From the IMG/VR virus record IMGVR_UViG_3300045988_128600: a stretch of DNA of 64,000 nt. One strand, 5' to 3'. Position numbers and translations under genes: made by a program. Position 1 is the stretch's first letter; each line of letters begins with the position of its first letter. The notes under the pieces are model-generated. The model saw only the letters and a program-made list of their open reading frames with translations. It was not told the origin of the DNA and did no database searches. This stretch comes from a virus. Positions 40,104 through 51,183 of the stretch are shown here, in pieces.

Positions 40104-40368
40104 GTTGTAAATCCCTTTCCGGTTTGGTAGGTTTTCCTTCCCTTACTGTGATTATAGTATAGCACCGATTCGGGATTCTGTCTATTGACATTATGCACAA
40201 AGATTTGCCATAAAAATTGTTGAACTTGCCTATTGACACAAAATTCCGGCCGCGCCTGGCGTGCACGGCCGGCCGATTATACCACAAAGTTTTGAAATTG
40301 TCAATAGTCAAAGTAAACAAAAAAATCTCCCCATTTTTGGAGAGATTTTTAATTCAAAAAATTTAATT

Positions 40369-40668
40369 TTAACCATCAACATAAACGATAAGGACATCAT
40401 TTTTGGCTTTCAAACCGCTGACCGGTAGTCCCAGCACCCATTCTTCGCTTGCGCCTAAAACATCGCCGTTCAGAGTCATGCGACCTTTGCGGTCTTTGAG
40501 ATAGCGACCGCAAGTGTTTTCATTTATCACTTCGATGCCGTTCCCCTCATAGAACATCAGCGCGCCTTTTACCAGACCAATCACATTTTTAACCATGCCC
40601 AAAGTCATTTTTGTCAACCTCTTTCGTTTTAATGTTGTTCCCCTTGGAACAATTATAGTATAGCACAA
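40369..40668 (-). CDS. hypothetical protein
   Basis: 99-aa ORF. Confidence 0.4.
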   Translation of the reverse strand: MCYTIIVPRGTTLKRKRLTKMTLGMVKNVIGLVKGALMFYEGNGIEVINENTCGRYLKDRKGRMTLNGDVLGASEEWVLGLPVSGLKAKNDVLIVYVDG

Positions 40669-40760
40669 GGTGTAGCAAAAGTCAACTTAAATTTTGGGAT
40701 TACCAATAGGTAAAATGTATAAAAAACTCGGCAGGATTTTGTATGTCCTGCCGAGTTTTT

Positions 40761-40955
40761 TTAGTCTTCCCAACTCTCGATGACTTCGCCGGTCATTGCA
40801 TCGATGATGTCAACCGAGAGGACGTTGTCTGCGTCCATGAACTTCTGCCCGAGGGCATATGCGTTTTCCTGTCCTGCGACAGACACTTCATAGCGATAGC
40901 GGTTGTTATCGCCAGCCTTGTAATTGTAGTAGTTGATAGAAACAATAAATAACAT
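40761..40955 (-). CDS. hypothetical protein
   Basis: 64-aa ORF. Confidence 0.35.
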   Translation of the reverse strand: MLFIVSINYYNYKAGDNNRYRYEVSVAGQENAYALGQKFMDADNVLSVDIIDAMTGEVIESWED

Positions 40956-41059
40956 TTGGTTTATCCCCTTTCTTTTTATACTCTTATTATACTATAGATT
41001 CAGGATTTGTCAATAGGTTTTTGAAAAAAGTTTGAAAAAAAATAAGGGCGTTTCCGCCC

Positions 41060-41317
41060 TTATTCTTCATAAATAATAATATTATTTTGTAGCAGTTTCA
41101 CGCGAGAATCTTCACAAAAGTGATAGGTAAAACTCACGGAGAGGTGTTTGAGAAATTCACGTCTCCATGTGCGGGACTTCGGCTCTAATTCAAAGAGAAT
41201 GTAAAGCGTTTCTTCTAACCGGTCGAGGAAGTTTTCAGTGTCCGCGACGTTGAATTTGCCCGCGAATTTCGGAATAGGATTAGAAGTCCCAACAGTAATA
41301 ATGTTGTAAGTTGTCAT
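41060..41317 (-). CDS. hypothetical protein
   Basis: 85-aa ORF. Confidence 0.4.
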   Translation of the reverse strand: MTTYNIITVGTSNPIPKFAGKFNVADTENFLDRLEETLYILFELEPKSRTWRREFLKHLSVSFTYHFCEDSRVKLLQNNIIIYEE

Positions 41318-41509
41318 GGAAAAATCTCCTTTTCATTTGATGTATTTATTATACATGATAGTGTGGAACTTGTCAATACTTAAAATAGAAAAAAGAGAAG
41401 TTTTTCAACTTCTCTTTTTCAGTTTCTTTTCTGCCCATTCAATGAGCGCGCCCGCGGCGATTGTCCCAAGGTAAATGAAAAGTAAAACTAAACCGTCATG
41501 CATGCTCAT

Positions 41510-41692
41510 TTAATATTCCTCCACATACTCAGTAAAAACAAGCTCCCAGTCAGGGCCAAGATCCGGAGCTTTGCAGTATCGTGACTGTCGAATGTCATGC
41601 TCATTAGTAATTTTGTTGATAAACTCGAATTCATACATTTTTATTATCTCCTTTTCTTTACTGTACCAATAGTATAGCAGATAACAGGGCAT
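41510..41692 (-). CDS. hypothetical protein
   Basis: 60-aa ORF. Confidence 0.35.
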   Translation of the reverse strand: MPCYLLYYWYSKEKEIIKMYEFEFINKITNEHDIRQSRYCKAPDLGPDWELVFTEYVEEY

Positions 41693-41726
41693 TTGTCAAT
41701 ACCATTTATAAAAAAATGTACGAGGT

Positions 41727-42044
41727 TTAATCCTCGTACATTTCCATTAACGATTTGATTTTTTCGATTGCATTTTCAATTTCTTCTACATAGTCGGCCT
41801 GCTCCTCATTTGCGCGCATGGCCTGTTCATATGCGTCATAGATAGCTTCGCACTGTTCACGGGTGTAGTCTTCTTCTGGAGCGTGTTCCATGGTGACGAC
41901 TGTCGTCCAAGCGAGCGTTTCCTTATCGTCAAGGTCATCGGCTTTTTCCGTGGCAGTGGTAAGCTCATGTTCGAGGCGCGTTTTTTCGAGCGAGAGGGTC
42001 TTGAGAAAATCCTTGTTAGTCATTGTGGTGTATCTCCTTTTCAT
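41727..42044 (-). CDS. hypothetical acidic/coiled-coil protein
   Basis: 105-aa ORF. Confidence 0.4.
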   Translation of the reverse strand: MKRRYTTMTNKDFLKTLSLEKTRLEHELTTATEKADDLDDKETLAWTTVVTMEHAPEEDYTREQCEAIYDAYEQAMRANEEQADYVEEIENAIEKIKSLMEMYED

Positions 42045-42338
42045 TTGATACCTTTATTATACCACTTCTGGACTGAATGTCAATAGGTTTTTGAAAAAAA
42101 TATTTATTCATCAGGGCTGTATAAATATTCATGTATAAATATTCATTTTCGGGTGTATAAAGGTGACTGGCATAATGCACAAAATGGTTTCAAAATTTTT
42201 GTGCAACTTGCCTATTGCAAAACTCGGCCTGCTGACTTGCGCAACGCACGTCAGCGGGCCGGCCAAGCCAATGTGTGAATATGCAATGAATATTCATATG
42301 AATATTTATGAATCAAAATGAAAAATGGAGAGAGAGAC

Positions 42339-42701
42339 TTAATAAGCCTCTCTCCACACCTTGATTATTTCATCATCTGCTATATCATCTGTGTCATTAT
42401 CGTTTATCCACAAAAGCAGAAAATCATTATCATCAATGGTCATATTCTCAACTTCCCATTGGTTGCCACGTTCGTCCAGTAGCGTGATGGTGTTACCATT
42501 TCGGGAAGCGACCTCTGCACCGATAAAGCGTATGCTTCCTTTCTCTGTGCCAGCGCCGCACCATTCATCTAATGCGGTGAGGTCGTAGGACTGGGGTGCT
42601 TCCTCACAGGCTTCCGCGGTTGTGTGGTCGTGGAATCCGAAGAAAGACACGGAGAGAATGATGGCAATGGCCATGGTGATGATTTTGGAAACGTTTTTCA
42701 T
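42339..42701 (-). CDS. secreted protein (signal peptide)
   Basis: The N-terminus MKNVSKIITMAIAIILSVSFFG is hydrophobic and is followed by a cleavage-like site. Confidence 0.45.
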   Translation of the reverse strand: MKNVSKIITMAIAIILSVSFFGFHDHTTAEACEEAPQSYDLTALDEWCGAGTEKGSIRFIGAEVASRNGNTITLLDERGNQWEVENMTIDDNDFLLLWINDNDTDDIADDEIIKVWREAY

Positions 42702-42724
42702 TTTGTTTTACCTCTTTCTTACTT

Positions 42725-42868
42725 TATAGGTTAGTGGCGATAGTGACAACAGCAATAAGCATGAGCGTGCTTGAGACAGCTTTACCTACATTCTTGCTAT
42801 CTATGGCATAGACAAAATTATATGCGCTTATAGCGGTAAGCACAATAATAGCAGCAATGATAGACATG
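42725..42868 (-). CDS. small membrane peptide (47 aa)
   Basis: ATG ORF with 2 TM segments, below the ORF-track cutoff. Confidence 0.3.
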
Positions 42869-42897
42869 GCATATGCTCCCCTCTTTGAGCGAGTGGG

Positions 42898-43248
42898 TTA
42901 AACCCACTCGCTAAACAATGTCTTGATATAGTCGTCATGTAAATCACCGGGAAGCTGGTCAATTCCGCATTTGTATGTGTTCAGAACAGTTAATTTGTTC
43001 CCAACACTCATGTTCTCGCGCTCAAATTTGGCCTGTTCTTCAACGGTCATAAAATACCCGCTATAATTATAGATGTCACCAAATTCGGCATCATCTATAA
43101 TATAGTCTACCACGGTGAAGCGCGTGTCAATCCATGTTTTAGCGATCATGGACATAATATCTGCGCGTTTACGCCAGTCCTCACCAAGGACATAAGACAA
43201 GGGCTTGACAGGAATAACGCCGTCGAGAAGAGTCTTGATAGTAGACAT
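42898..43248 (-). CDS. hypothetical protein
   Basis: 116-aa ORF. Confidence 0.4.
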   Translation of the reverse strand: MSTIKTLLDGVIPVKPLSYVLGEDWRKRADIMSMIAKTWIDTRFTVVDYIIDDAEFGDIYNYSGYFMTVEEQAKFERENMSVGNKLTVLNTYKCGIDQLPGDLHDDYIKTLFSEWV

Positions 43249-43326
43249 AATGTGCCTTTCCGCGCTATTGTGCGCTATCGTATGTGTGTGTAGGTATGCA
43301 CCGCGAGGGGCGAGGGCACAAGGCCC

Positions 43327-43629
43327 TCACTTATTCGCGGTGGTGGGAAGCACCTGAGCGGCACGGGCAGTCGCGGCCTTGGGATACTTTGCAAGGCACT
43401 CGGCATACAGCTTGGGCGCTTTAGTCTTAAAGACTTTCGTATCGAGGCCGCCTGCGTTCATGCCACCGGCGCGAATCTGCACGGTGTACTTGTTTTCGGC
43501 GGTGTAAACCGTCGTGCCGGTCAACTCACTATCGGCGCGGAATTCGGCCTTGAGTTCTTCTAAACGTGCGCTCAATTTTTTAATCTGTTCGGAGAGTTTG
43601 CAAATCTCTTTAATTTTGTTGTCGGTCAT
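43327..43629 (-). CDS. hypothetical protein; first gene of the leftward early block
   Basis: Start placed at MTDNKIKEI with SD. Sits in a GC-rich segment. Confidence 0.4.
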   Translation of the reverse strand: MTDNKIKEICKLSEQIKKLSARLEELKAEFRADSELTGTTVYTAENKYTVQIRAGGMNAGGLDTKVFKTKAPKLYAECLAKYPKAATARAAQVLPTTANK

Positions 43630-43911
43630 AATTAAAAACCCCTTGTAATGTATTTGCCGTTCGGTATTGTGTCGCTCGGCATGGTCAAATAGTAGCAGAT
43701 TCGACCACGGAATACAAGTGGCGGATTGCACAAAGATTTGTTTGTACGGGGGTCTGTTTTTGTGCAGTTTGACGGGCGCGGCACCCTTGCATCATACCTT
43801 TGTATTTTTATTCACTCAAGAATGAATAAAATCTGCATAGAGGGGGGGTGTATTTCAGGAAAAATAAATTTTTATTTATTGTTTTTTCTTTTGCCTGGTC
43901 AAAACGCAATC

Positions 43912-44085
43912 TAAATCAATTTTCAATTTCAAATTACGAAGAATAATTTTCAATTTCAAATTACGAAGAATAATTTTCAATTTCAAATTACGAAGAATAA
44001 TTTTCAATTTCAAATTACGAAGAATAATTTTCAATTTCAAATTACGAAGAATAATTTAAAATTTCAAATTACGACTTCTTTTTTC
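43912..44085. repeat. 28-bp tandem repeat TTTTCAATTTCAAATTACGAAGAATAAT x5.5
   Basis: Five exact copies plus a degenerate sixth, placed between the divergent leftward and rightward transcription units. Confidence 0.85.
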
Positions 44086-44165
44086 TACCTCTTTTAGGCT
44101 TCTCACCCCACATAAAAGTGTATAATCCAGAAGTAGCAGAATATGTAGCTTTCTGCTGATACTTT

Positions 44166-44549
44166 TTAGCAGCTGCCTTCAAGGGGTTGAGGGGTTTCCG
44201 CATTTAATTTTTCCTCCATATATTCGATTAATTTATCTTTATATTTACAACTATCAATATATCTATTAATATATTTTTCCATTAAATGCTCTAATACATA
44301 TTTGTATTTATTTAACTGGTATTCTTCTTGTTCTTCTTTAGTGCTTAATTGGGCCTTTTCCGCGTCTGATAAAGGTTTATAAGTAATTGTTCTTGACCCA
44401 TTATCCTTTTGCTCAATACGTATTGTTTTAAATAATTTCCAATCTCTTACAAAAGGGTCTTTATCTCTTGTTGCGTTAAAATATTCTTGTTCTAATCTAA
44501 ATATTACCGCGTCTATCCCTCTTACTTCAAAAGGCTGGTTCCATCCCAT
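44166..44549 (-). CDS. hypothetical protein
   Basis: Start placed at MGWNQPFEV; ends TAA. Confidence 0.35.
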   Translation of the reverse strand: MGWNQPFEVRGIDAVIFRLEQEYFNATRDKDPFVRDWKLFKTIRIEQKDNGSRTITYKPLSDAEKAQLSTKEEQEEYQLNKYKYVLEHLMEKYINRYIDSCKYKDKLIEYMEEKLNAETPQPLEGSC

Positions 44550-44922
44550 CTTCAATATCCTCCCATTCAAATGTTCCATCATCTAATTCATATACAAATG
44601 CTTGTTTATAAAATGATGAAACAATTCCATCATTTGCAATTCCTTTTGGACTATTTTTTGCATCATGGAAACAATTATAAACAATTAGTCCTTGCGTTTC
44701 ATATCGTGAAAAATCTACTGCCCTTCCCTCAAAATCATAATTATAAAATATGTTTAATAATAGCATACACTCATATTGCGCGATTGGCCATTTATTCAAT
44801 TCTTTTTGCTAATTTGCCATTTTTTGGTACAATACCCAAAAAGCTTTTCTATATAACCATAAAAAAAGGAGTGATGCTACTAACGCACAACTCAATAATA
44901 CAATAAAAATAATTTCCATAAA
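44527..44922 (-). CDS. TM-anchored hypothetical protein, TAG-recoded
   Basis: MEIIFIVLLS... (44809..44997) and 44527..44799 are in the same frame, separated only by TAG at 44809-44811. Confidence 0.4.
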
Positions 44923-45057
44923 TACTCCTTTTCTTTTTCTTATAATAATAATAAAATAAAAATAAAGAAATGTCAAATCATGGGTGTGATTGGGCAAAAG
45001 TTATTTGTTTTGTTAAAAAAATTTTTAAATATAAAAAGAAAAAATTTTAAATGAAAC

Positions 45058-45086
45058 TTGACAAAAAAAATTTTTTCGAGTATAAT
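45058..45086 (+). promoter_or_regulatory. consensus sigma70-type promoter TTGACA-N17-TATAAT for the rightward unit
   Basis: cTTGACAaaaaaaattttttcgagTATAATat, then GGAGGT SD and ATG at 45111. Confidence 0.55.
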
Positions 45087-45110
45087 ATAAATATAGACTG
45101 GAGGTAAAAA

Positions 45111-46166
45111 ATGATAAAACTTGATTATTCTTTACAAACTCCAGAAGAAAGAAATCAATTAGTCGAACAAATTTTGGCTGACAATCCAGATCCGCCTGAA
45201 AAGTATTTAGAAATTTTAGCAGACTATTTGGTTCTTTGTATGGAGAAACAAGAAAAAAAGGAGAAAAAATTATTAACTAATAATCGTATGGCTACAGTTA
45301 ATAAGCGTGAGACTTCTTTTGAAGGTCTTGTTTCCCAACTCGAAAATGGCGAAGATGGAATTTATAATTTAATTACAGATAATAGAAATACAATATTTCA
45401 ACCACATATTACAATTACAAAAAAAGATTTAGAAGAGATACCAAGTTTAAATTAGTTAAGAGAAGCCATTAATGTTTGGGAGGCTAAATTAAAAGTAACA
45501 GAAGGCAGAGATGCTTTTGTTATTAAAAAGGCTCTTATTGAAATGCGTAAAGATTAGTATGTTATGAAAAATGCTTATCGTCGTCCAATAGTGCCTACAA
45601 AATTAACCAGATCAAAGTCTTATATTCCATTAGATGATAAAACATTTATTTTTGATGATGATGGGTTTCCTATTCCTGATGGAATTAGTTTATTAAGACC
45701 TGAAATATGTTCTGCGGTTTTATGTAATTATTCCCGATTAAAGCAAGATAGTTGGGGTGAATACGATAAAGACTTATGGTATTTAATGGAGGATTTTGAT
45801 AAGCTTTGTGATAAAGCTTTAGCTAATTATCCTCTTTATGATAGAATCGTTGAATATAAAATTGATGGTTTACAAAATATTGACATTCAAGAGAAAATAC
45901 AAATGGAATTTGGTATTAAGCACAGTCTTGAATATATTTCAAGTTTATGGCGTAATAAAATTCCAAAATTAATTGCTTCGACTGCGGAAGATGAATATTT
46001 AGATAATTATTATTTAAATGTTGAAAAAGGTAAATATAAAAAATGTAGTCGTTGTGGTAAAATAAAATTAGCTCATAATAAATATTTTAGTAAAAATAAA
46101 ACAAGTAAAGATGGCTTTTATAGTATTTGTAAAAGTTGTCGAAATTCTAAGGTCAAAAAATCTTAA
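45111..46166 (+). CDS. hypothetical protein with C-terminal zinc ribbon (possible late regulator), TAG-recoded
   Basis: ORFs 45111..45455 and 45564..46166 share a frame and are joined by 2 TAGs. C-terminal CSRCG...CKSC. Confidence 0.45.
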
Positions 46167-46215
46167 TATTGTCCTTTTGTTTATAATAAATAGTTGAAAG
46201 GAGAATATTTTATTT

Positions 46216-47403
46216 ATGGCTGAAACATATTATTGCGAAAAATGTAATCGCACAATGAATGGCACGGAATTCTATTCATCTAATAATTTAGAAAAATATC
46301 CTAATGATGGTAAATTTCCTGTGTGCAAAAAATGTATGACAATGCACGTCGATAATTGGAATCCAGATACTTATTTATGGATTTTACAAGAAGCGGATGT
46401 TCCTTATGTTCCAGATGAATGGAATAAATTAATGGAAAAATATGGGCGCGATCCGCAGTCTATAACCGGTATGACAATTATTGGACGTTATTTGTCAAAA
46501 ATGAAACTCAAATAGTTTAAAGATTATCGTTGGAAAGATACAGAATTTTTATAGTAGATGGCGAATAATAAATTAGAGCAAACTATGAAGCGTCAAGGAT
46601 ATGATGCTCAATAGATTGCAACCGCTATTGAAAAAAGTTCTATTGCTATTCCAGAAGGAGAACTAAAAGGACCGGTTTATGCTCCACCACCTAATGCCCC
46701 TGCGGAAGATTATTTCGCACAATAGAGTGGTGAAGTGGAACAAGAATTAGACTTAACTGATGAAGACCGCACTTATTTAAGACTTAAATGGGGCAAGACT
46801 TATAAACCTGAAGAATGGGTTAAGCTTGAATAGCTGTATGAAGAAATGATGGCTTCTTATGATATTCAAGGTGCCGGACATAAAGATACGCTAAAATTAA
46901 TATGTAAGACATCTTTAAAGGCAAATCAATTGATCGATATTGGTGATATTGAAGGTTTCCAAAAGATGAGCAAAGTATATGATAGCTTGATGAAGTCTGG
47001 TAAATTTACCGCTGCTCAAAACAAAGCAGAATCAGGTGAATTTATTGATTCAATTGGTGAATTAATTGAATTGTGTGAAAAAGAAGGATATATTGAAAGA
47101 TATTATGTTGAATAGCCACATGATAAAGTGGATTTAACTATTCAAGATATGCAACGTTATACTCGTACTCTTATTGAAGATGAAACTAATATTAGCACAA
47201 TGGTAGAAAAAGCTTTACGCGAAAATGCTAAAGAAGATGAAGAGAAAGCAAAGAACGCGGAAAGCGATATCGTTGATGATGCTGATTTAAGTATTGAAGA
47301 ACTTGAAAAAACTATTAAAGATAGTGATTACGCGGATTTTGAGGAATTTAAAGAATAGGAGTCCGCGCGAGATAATGAGTTCTTATAGGGTTTGGATAAA
47401 TAA
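46216..47403 (+). CDS. hypothetical protein upstream of the terminase (possible small terminase subunit), TAG-recoded
   Basis: The pieces 46216.., 46846.. and 47128.. share a frame and are joined by about 8 TAGs. N-terminal Zn ribbon. Ends TAA, overlapping the terminase ATG. Confidence 0.4.
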
Positions 47404-49142
47404 TGGCATTACAAGATTTACTGTAGTTAAATGATAGCCGTAAAAAAATAGGTCTATCACCGGAGCGAGTAGAAGCGGTAATGCCTACTATCCGCAAATA
47501 CGTTGCCTTTTGGAGAGAATATCCTGATTTATTTGTAGATTTTATGGTGCGAGGAAGACGCACTGAAATAAAAGATGGAGAATTTAATTTTTATTTTTAT
47601 TAGAGAGTATTTCTCCGTTCTGTTATGCGTTATTAGTATGTTTACGCGGTTTTCCCTCGTGCTTATTCTAAATCATTCTTGTCTGTTATGGCATTAATGA
47701 TTAGATGTATTTTATACCCTGGTGCGCATTTGTTCGTTACTTCTGGAGGTAAAGAACAAGGTGCTAGTATTCTTCATGATAAAGTTCAAGAAATATGTGA
47801 ACTTATTCCAAGTTTTAATCGAGAAATTGATTGGAGCCGAGGAAAAACTCTTGAAGGAAAAGATAAAGTTAGATATGTGTTTAAAAATGGTTCAGTTTTG
47901 GATAACCTCGCAGCTCGTGAAAGCACTCGTGGTCAGCGTCGTCATGGTGGACTAATGGAAGAATGTGTTGGTATTGATGATGCCATTCTTCGTGAAGTTA
48001 TTATTCCTGTTATGGCAATTTCTCGTAGAGCTAAAGATGGCACTACTAATGAACAAGAGCCATTAAATAAATCACAAATCTATATTACTACTGCTGGTTA
48101 TAAGGGCACATTCCCTTATGATAGACTTATTGGTTTCTTAGTTCGTATGGTGACTTAGCCCGATCGTTGTATGATATTAGGCGGAACATGGCGAACTCCT
48201 GTTGCGGTAGGATTACAAAGTAAAACATTTATTACTGACCAAAAGAATGAAGGAACTTATAATGAAGCTTCATTCGAACGTGAATATGAATCTAAGTGGT
48301 CAGGAACTGTTGAGGATGCTTTCTTTAATGGAGAGCATTTTGATAGAAATAGAAAACTATTATAGCCTGAATATGAAGCTTCTGGGCGCGCGGGCGCACA
48401 AGCTTATTATGTACTTTCTGTAGATGTAGGTCGTAAGGGGTGTGATTCGGTAGTTTGTGTATTTAAAGTAACACCACAAGCTCAAGGTCCAGCTATTAAA
48501 TCATTAGTAAATATGTATACTATGTCAGATGATCATTTTGAAGATTAGGCTATTAAATTAAAGAAATTATTTTATAAATATAAAGCTAAAACTTTGGTTA
48601 TAGACGGTAATGGTTTAGGTATTGGACTTTTGGATTATATGGTAAAATCTCAAAATGATGAAGATGGTGAATTTTTACCTGATTTTGGTGTTGAGAATGA
48701 TGATGATGGATATTATAAAAAATATCGCACACCAAATACTCAATTTGATGCTATGTATGTTATTAAAGCAAATGCTCCAATAAATACTGAATGTCATGCT
48801 AATGCTCAGACTCAATTACAAGCGGGTAAGGTAAAATTCTTAATAGATGAGAGAACAGCTAAAGAAAAATTATTAGCTACTCAAAAAGGTTCAAAAATGA
48901 CTTCTGAACAAAGGGCAGATTATTTAAAACCATTTACTCTAACCTCCATATTAAAAGAAGAAATGATGAATTTACGCGAAGAAAATGAAGGTATTAATAT
49001 TATCCTAAAATAGGCAAATCGTGGAATTCGTAAAGATAAATTTTCGGCTTTTGAATATGGATTATATTATTTAAAACTTGAAGAAGATAAAAAGAAAAAG
49101 CGTAAAAAGTTTAATGCGGCTGATTGGTGCTTTTTAAATTAA
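47403..49142 (+). CDS. terminase large subunit, TAG-recoded
   Basis: Four same-frame pieces (47403.., 47679.., 48171.., 48594..) are joined by about 7 TAGs, giving about 579 aa. The segments YVLSVDVGRKGCDSVV and LVIDGNGLGIG are terminase ATPase/nuclease-like. The position before the portal gene fits. Confidence 0.6.
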
Positions 49143-49154
49143 GGAGGGTGGAAA

Positions 49155-49511
49155 ATGCGTGCTTCAAGAGGAGAAATTAAAATTGAAGAAATCTTAGAAG
49201 AAGCAGGACTACCTTTTAAAATGGAATATATCTTTCCAGATTTAAAAAGCCCAAGCGGGCGTCCGCTTCGTTTTGATTTTGTTATATTTGATGATGATGG
49301 AAAAATTGATTTCATTATTGAGTATTAGGGAAAATAGCATTATGAAGCCAGTTCTAAATTTGGCGGAAAACGCGGTTTATACCAGTAGCAATATAATGAT
49401 AATCAAAAAAGACGTTTTTGCGCTTTACATGATTTTAGATTAATAGAGATTCCATATACCGACGAAAACCTTATTTCTTATGATTATATAATGAAATTAG
49501 CAGGTTATTAA
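49155..49511 (+). CDS. small PD-(D/E)xK-like nuclease-fold protein (Vsr/DUF559-like), TAG-recoded
   Basis: RFDFVIFDDDGKIDFIIEYQGKQH gives a D...E-x-K-like core; 3 in-frame TAGs. Confidence 0.35.
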
Positions 49512-49524
49512 AGGAGGTGGAACT

Positions 49525-51174
49525 TTGGATACGCAAGATCGTAATGATTAGATTCACGCTAAAGGTTTTGATATTTATAATAGTCGTTATGAATATAATT
49601 ATAATGACACTATGGATTATGCCAATAGAAAAATAAAAGTTGGCACAAAAACTTTAGATGATGCTATTTTAAAACTTGGTGATTATAGTAAGATTAGATA
49701 CCCAGGTCAAACTCGTATTATCACGAAACCCGATGTGCTTCGCGCACTAGCAGAAAGAGATTTAAATGCTTTGCGATATATTTCTAATCTTTATTATGAT
49801 ATAAGTGGTGTATATCAACGAGTTTGTAATTATGTTGCTTTTTTATACCGCTATGATTGGTATATTGCAGCCGAAACTTATGATGATAATGTAAAAGAAG
49901 AAAAAGTTTTAAAAGATTTTTATAGAATGTTGAATTATTTTGATAATAGTTATATTAAAAAGATTTGCGGAGATATTGCTTTACAAGTCGTTAAAAATGG
50001 ATGCTATTATGGATATATAGTTCCTTCAGAGAAAAATCTAATTTTACAAGAGTTGCCAGTTAGATATTGTAGAACACGTTATAGTGTAAATAATACTCCA
50101 GTTGTCGAATTTGATATGCGATTTTTTGATACTTTTAGAGATATGAATTACCGTTTAAAAGTATTAAAATTATTCCCAGAAGAATTTGCTAAAGGTTATG
50201 TTTTATATAAGCAAGGAAAACTTGCTTTAGATGATGCGGTTGGATGCTAGCATACTGGTAGTTGGTATGTTCTTGAGCCAGAAAATTGTATTAAATTTAA
50301 TATTAATAATAGTGATGTTCCTATTTTTGTAAATTCCATTCCTACTATTATGGATTTAGATGCAGCGCAAGATCTTGACCGCAAGAAACAAATGTAGAAG
50401 TTGCTTAAAATTTTAGTCCAAAAGCTCCCAATGGATAAAAATGGTGATTTAATATTTGATGTTGATGAAGCCAGAGATATCCATAATAATGCCGTTTAGA
50501 TGTTATAGAGGGCTATTGGAGTAGATGTTTTAACTACATTTACTGATGTAGATTCTATTGATATGTCTGATAAGAATACTACTACAACGACAGATGATTT
50601 AGCTAAAGTTGAACGTAGTGTTTATAATTCGTTAGGTATTTCATAGAATTTATTTAATACTGATGGTAATATGGCTTTAGAAAAATCAGTGTTAAATGAT
50701 GAATCTACAATAAGAAGTTTAATTTTATAGTTTAATATATTCTTTAATAGAATTATTGAAAAAAAGAGTAGTAATAAGAAATATAATTTTAGATTTTATT
50801 TATTAGAAACTACTCAGAATAATTATCAAACACTTTCTAAAATGTATAAAGAACAAGCGCAAATGGGGCAATCAAAACTATTGTCTTAGATTGCTCTTGG
50901 ACATTCATAGAGTTTTATTCTTAATGCAGCTCATTTTGAAAATGAGATTTTACATTTAAGTGAAATTATGATTCCTCCTCTTATGAGTTCTACTATGGGT
51001 AGTGAAGATATTTTGAGTTTAAAGGGTTCATCATCTAATAATAAAACTCAAAATAATTCAGGAAGTTTAGGTTCTGGAACTACTAAAGCTTCTAATGGCG
51101 AGGCGGGACGTCCGGAAAAACCTGATGATTAGAAAAGTGAAAAAACTATTCAAAATAAAGAAGCAATGAAATAA
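49525..51174 (+). CDS. portal protein (putative), TAG-recoded
   Basis: About 549 aa once about 11 TAGs are read through. The position follows the terminase. AAGGAGGTG SD, then a TTG start. Confidence 0.5.
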
Positions 51175-51183
51175 GGAGGATTT

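Noticed and set aside
43912-44085. CRISPR array
   Set aside because: The repeats are contiguous with no unique spacers.
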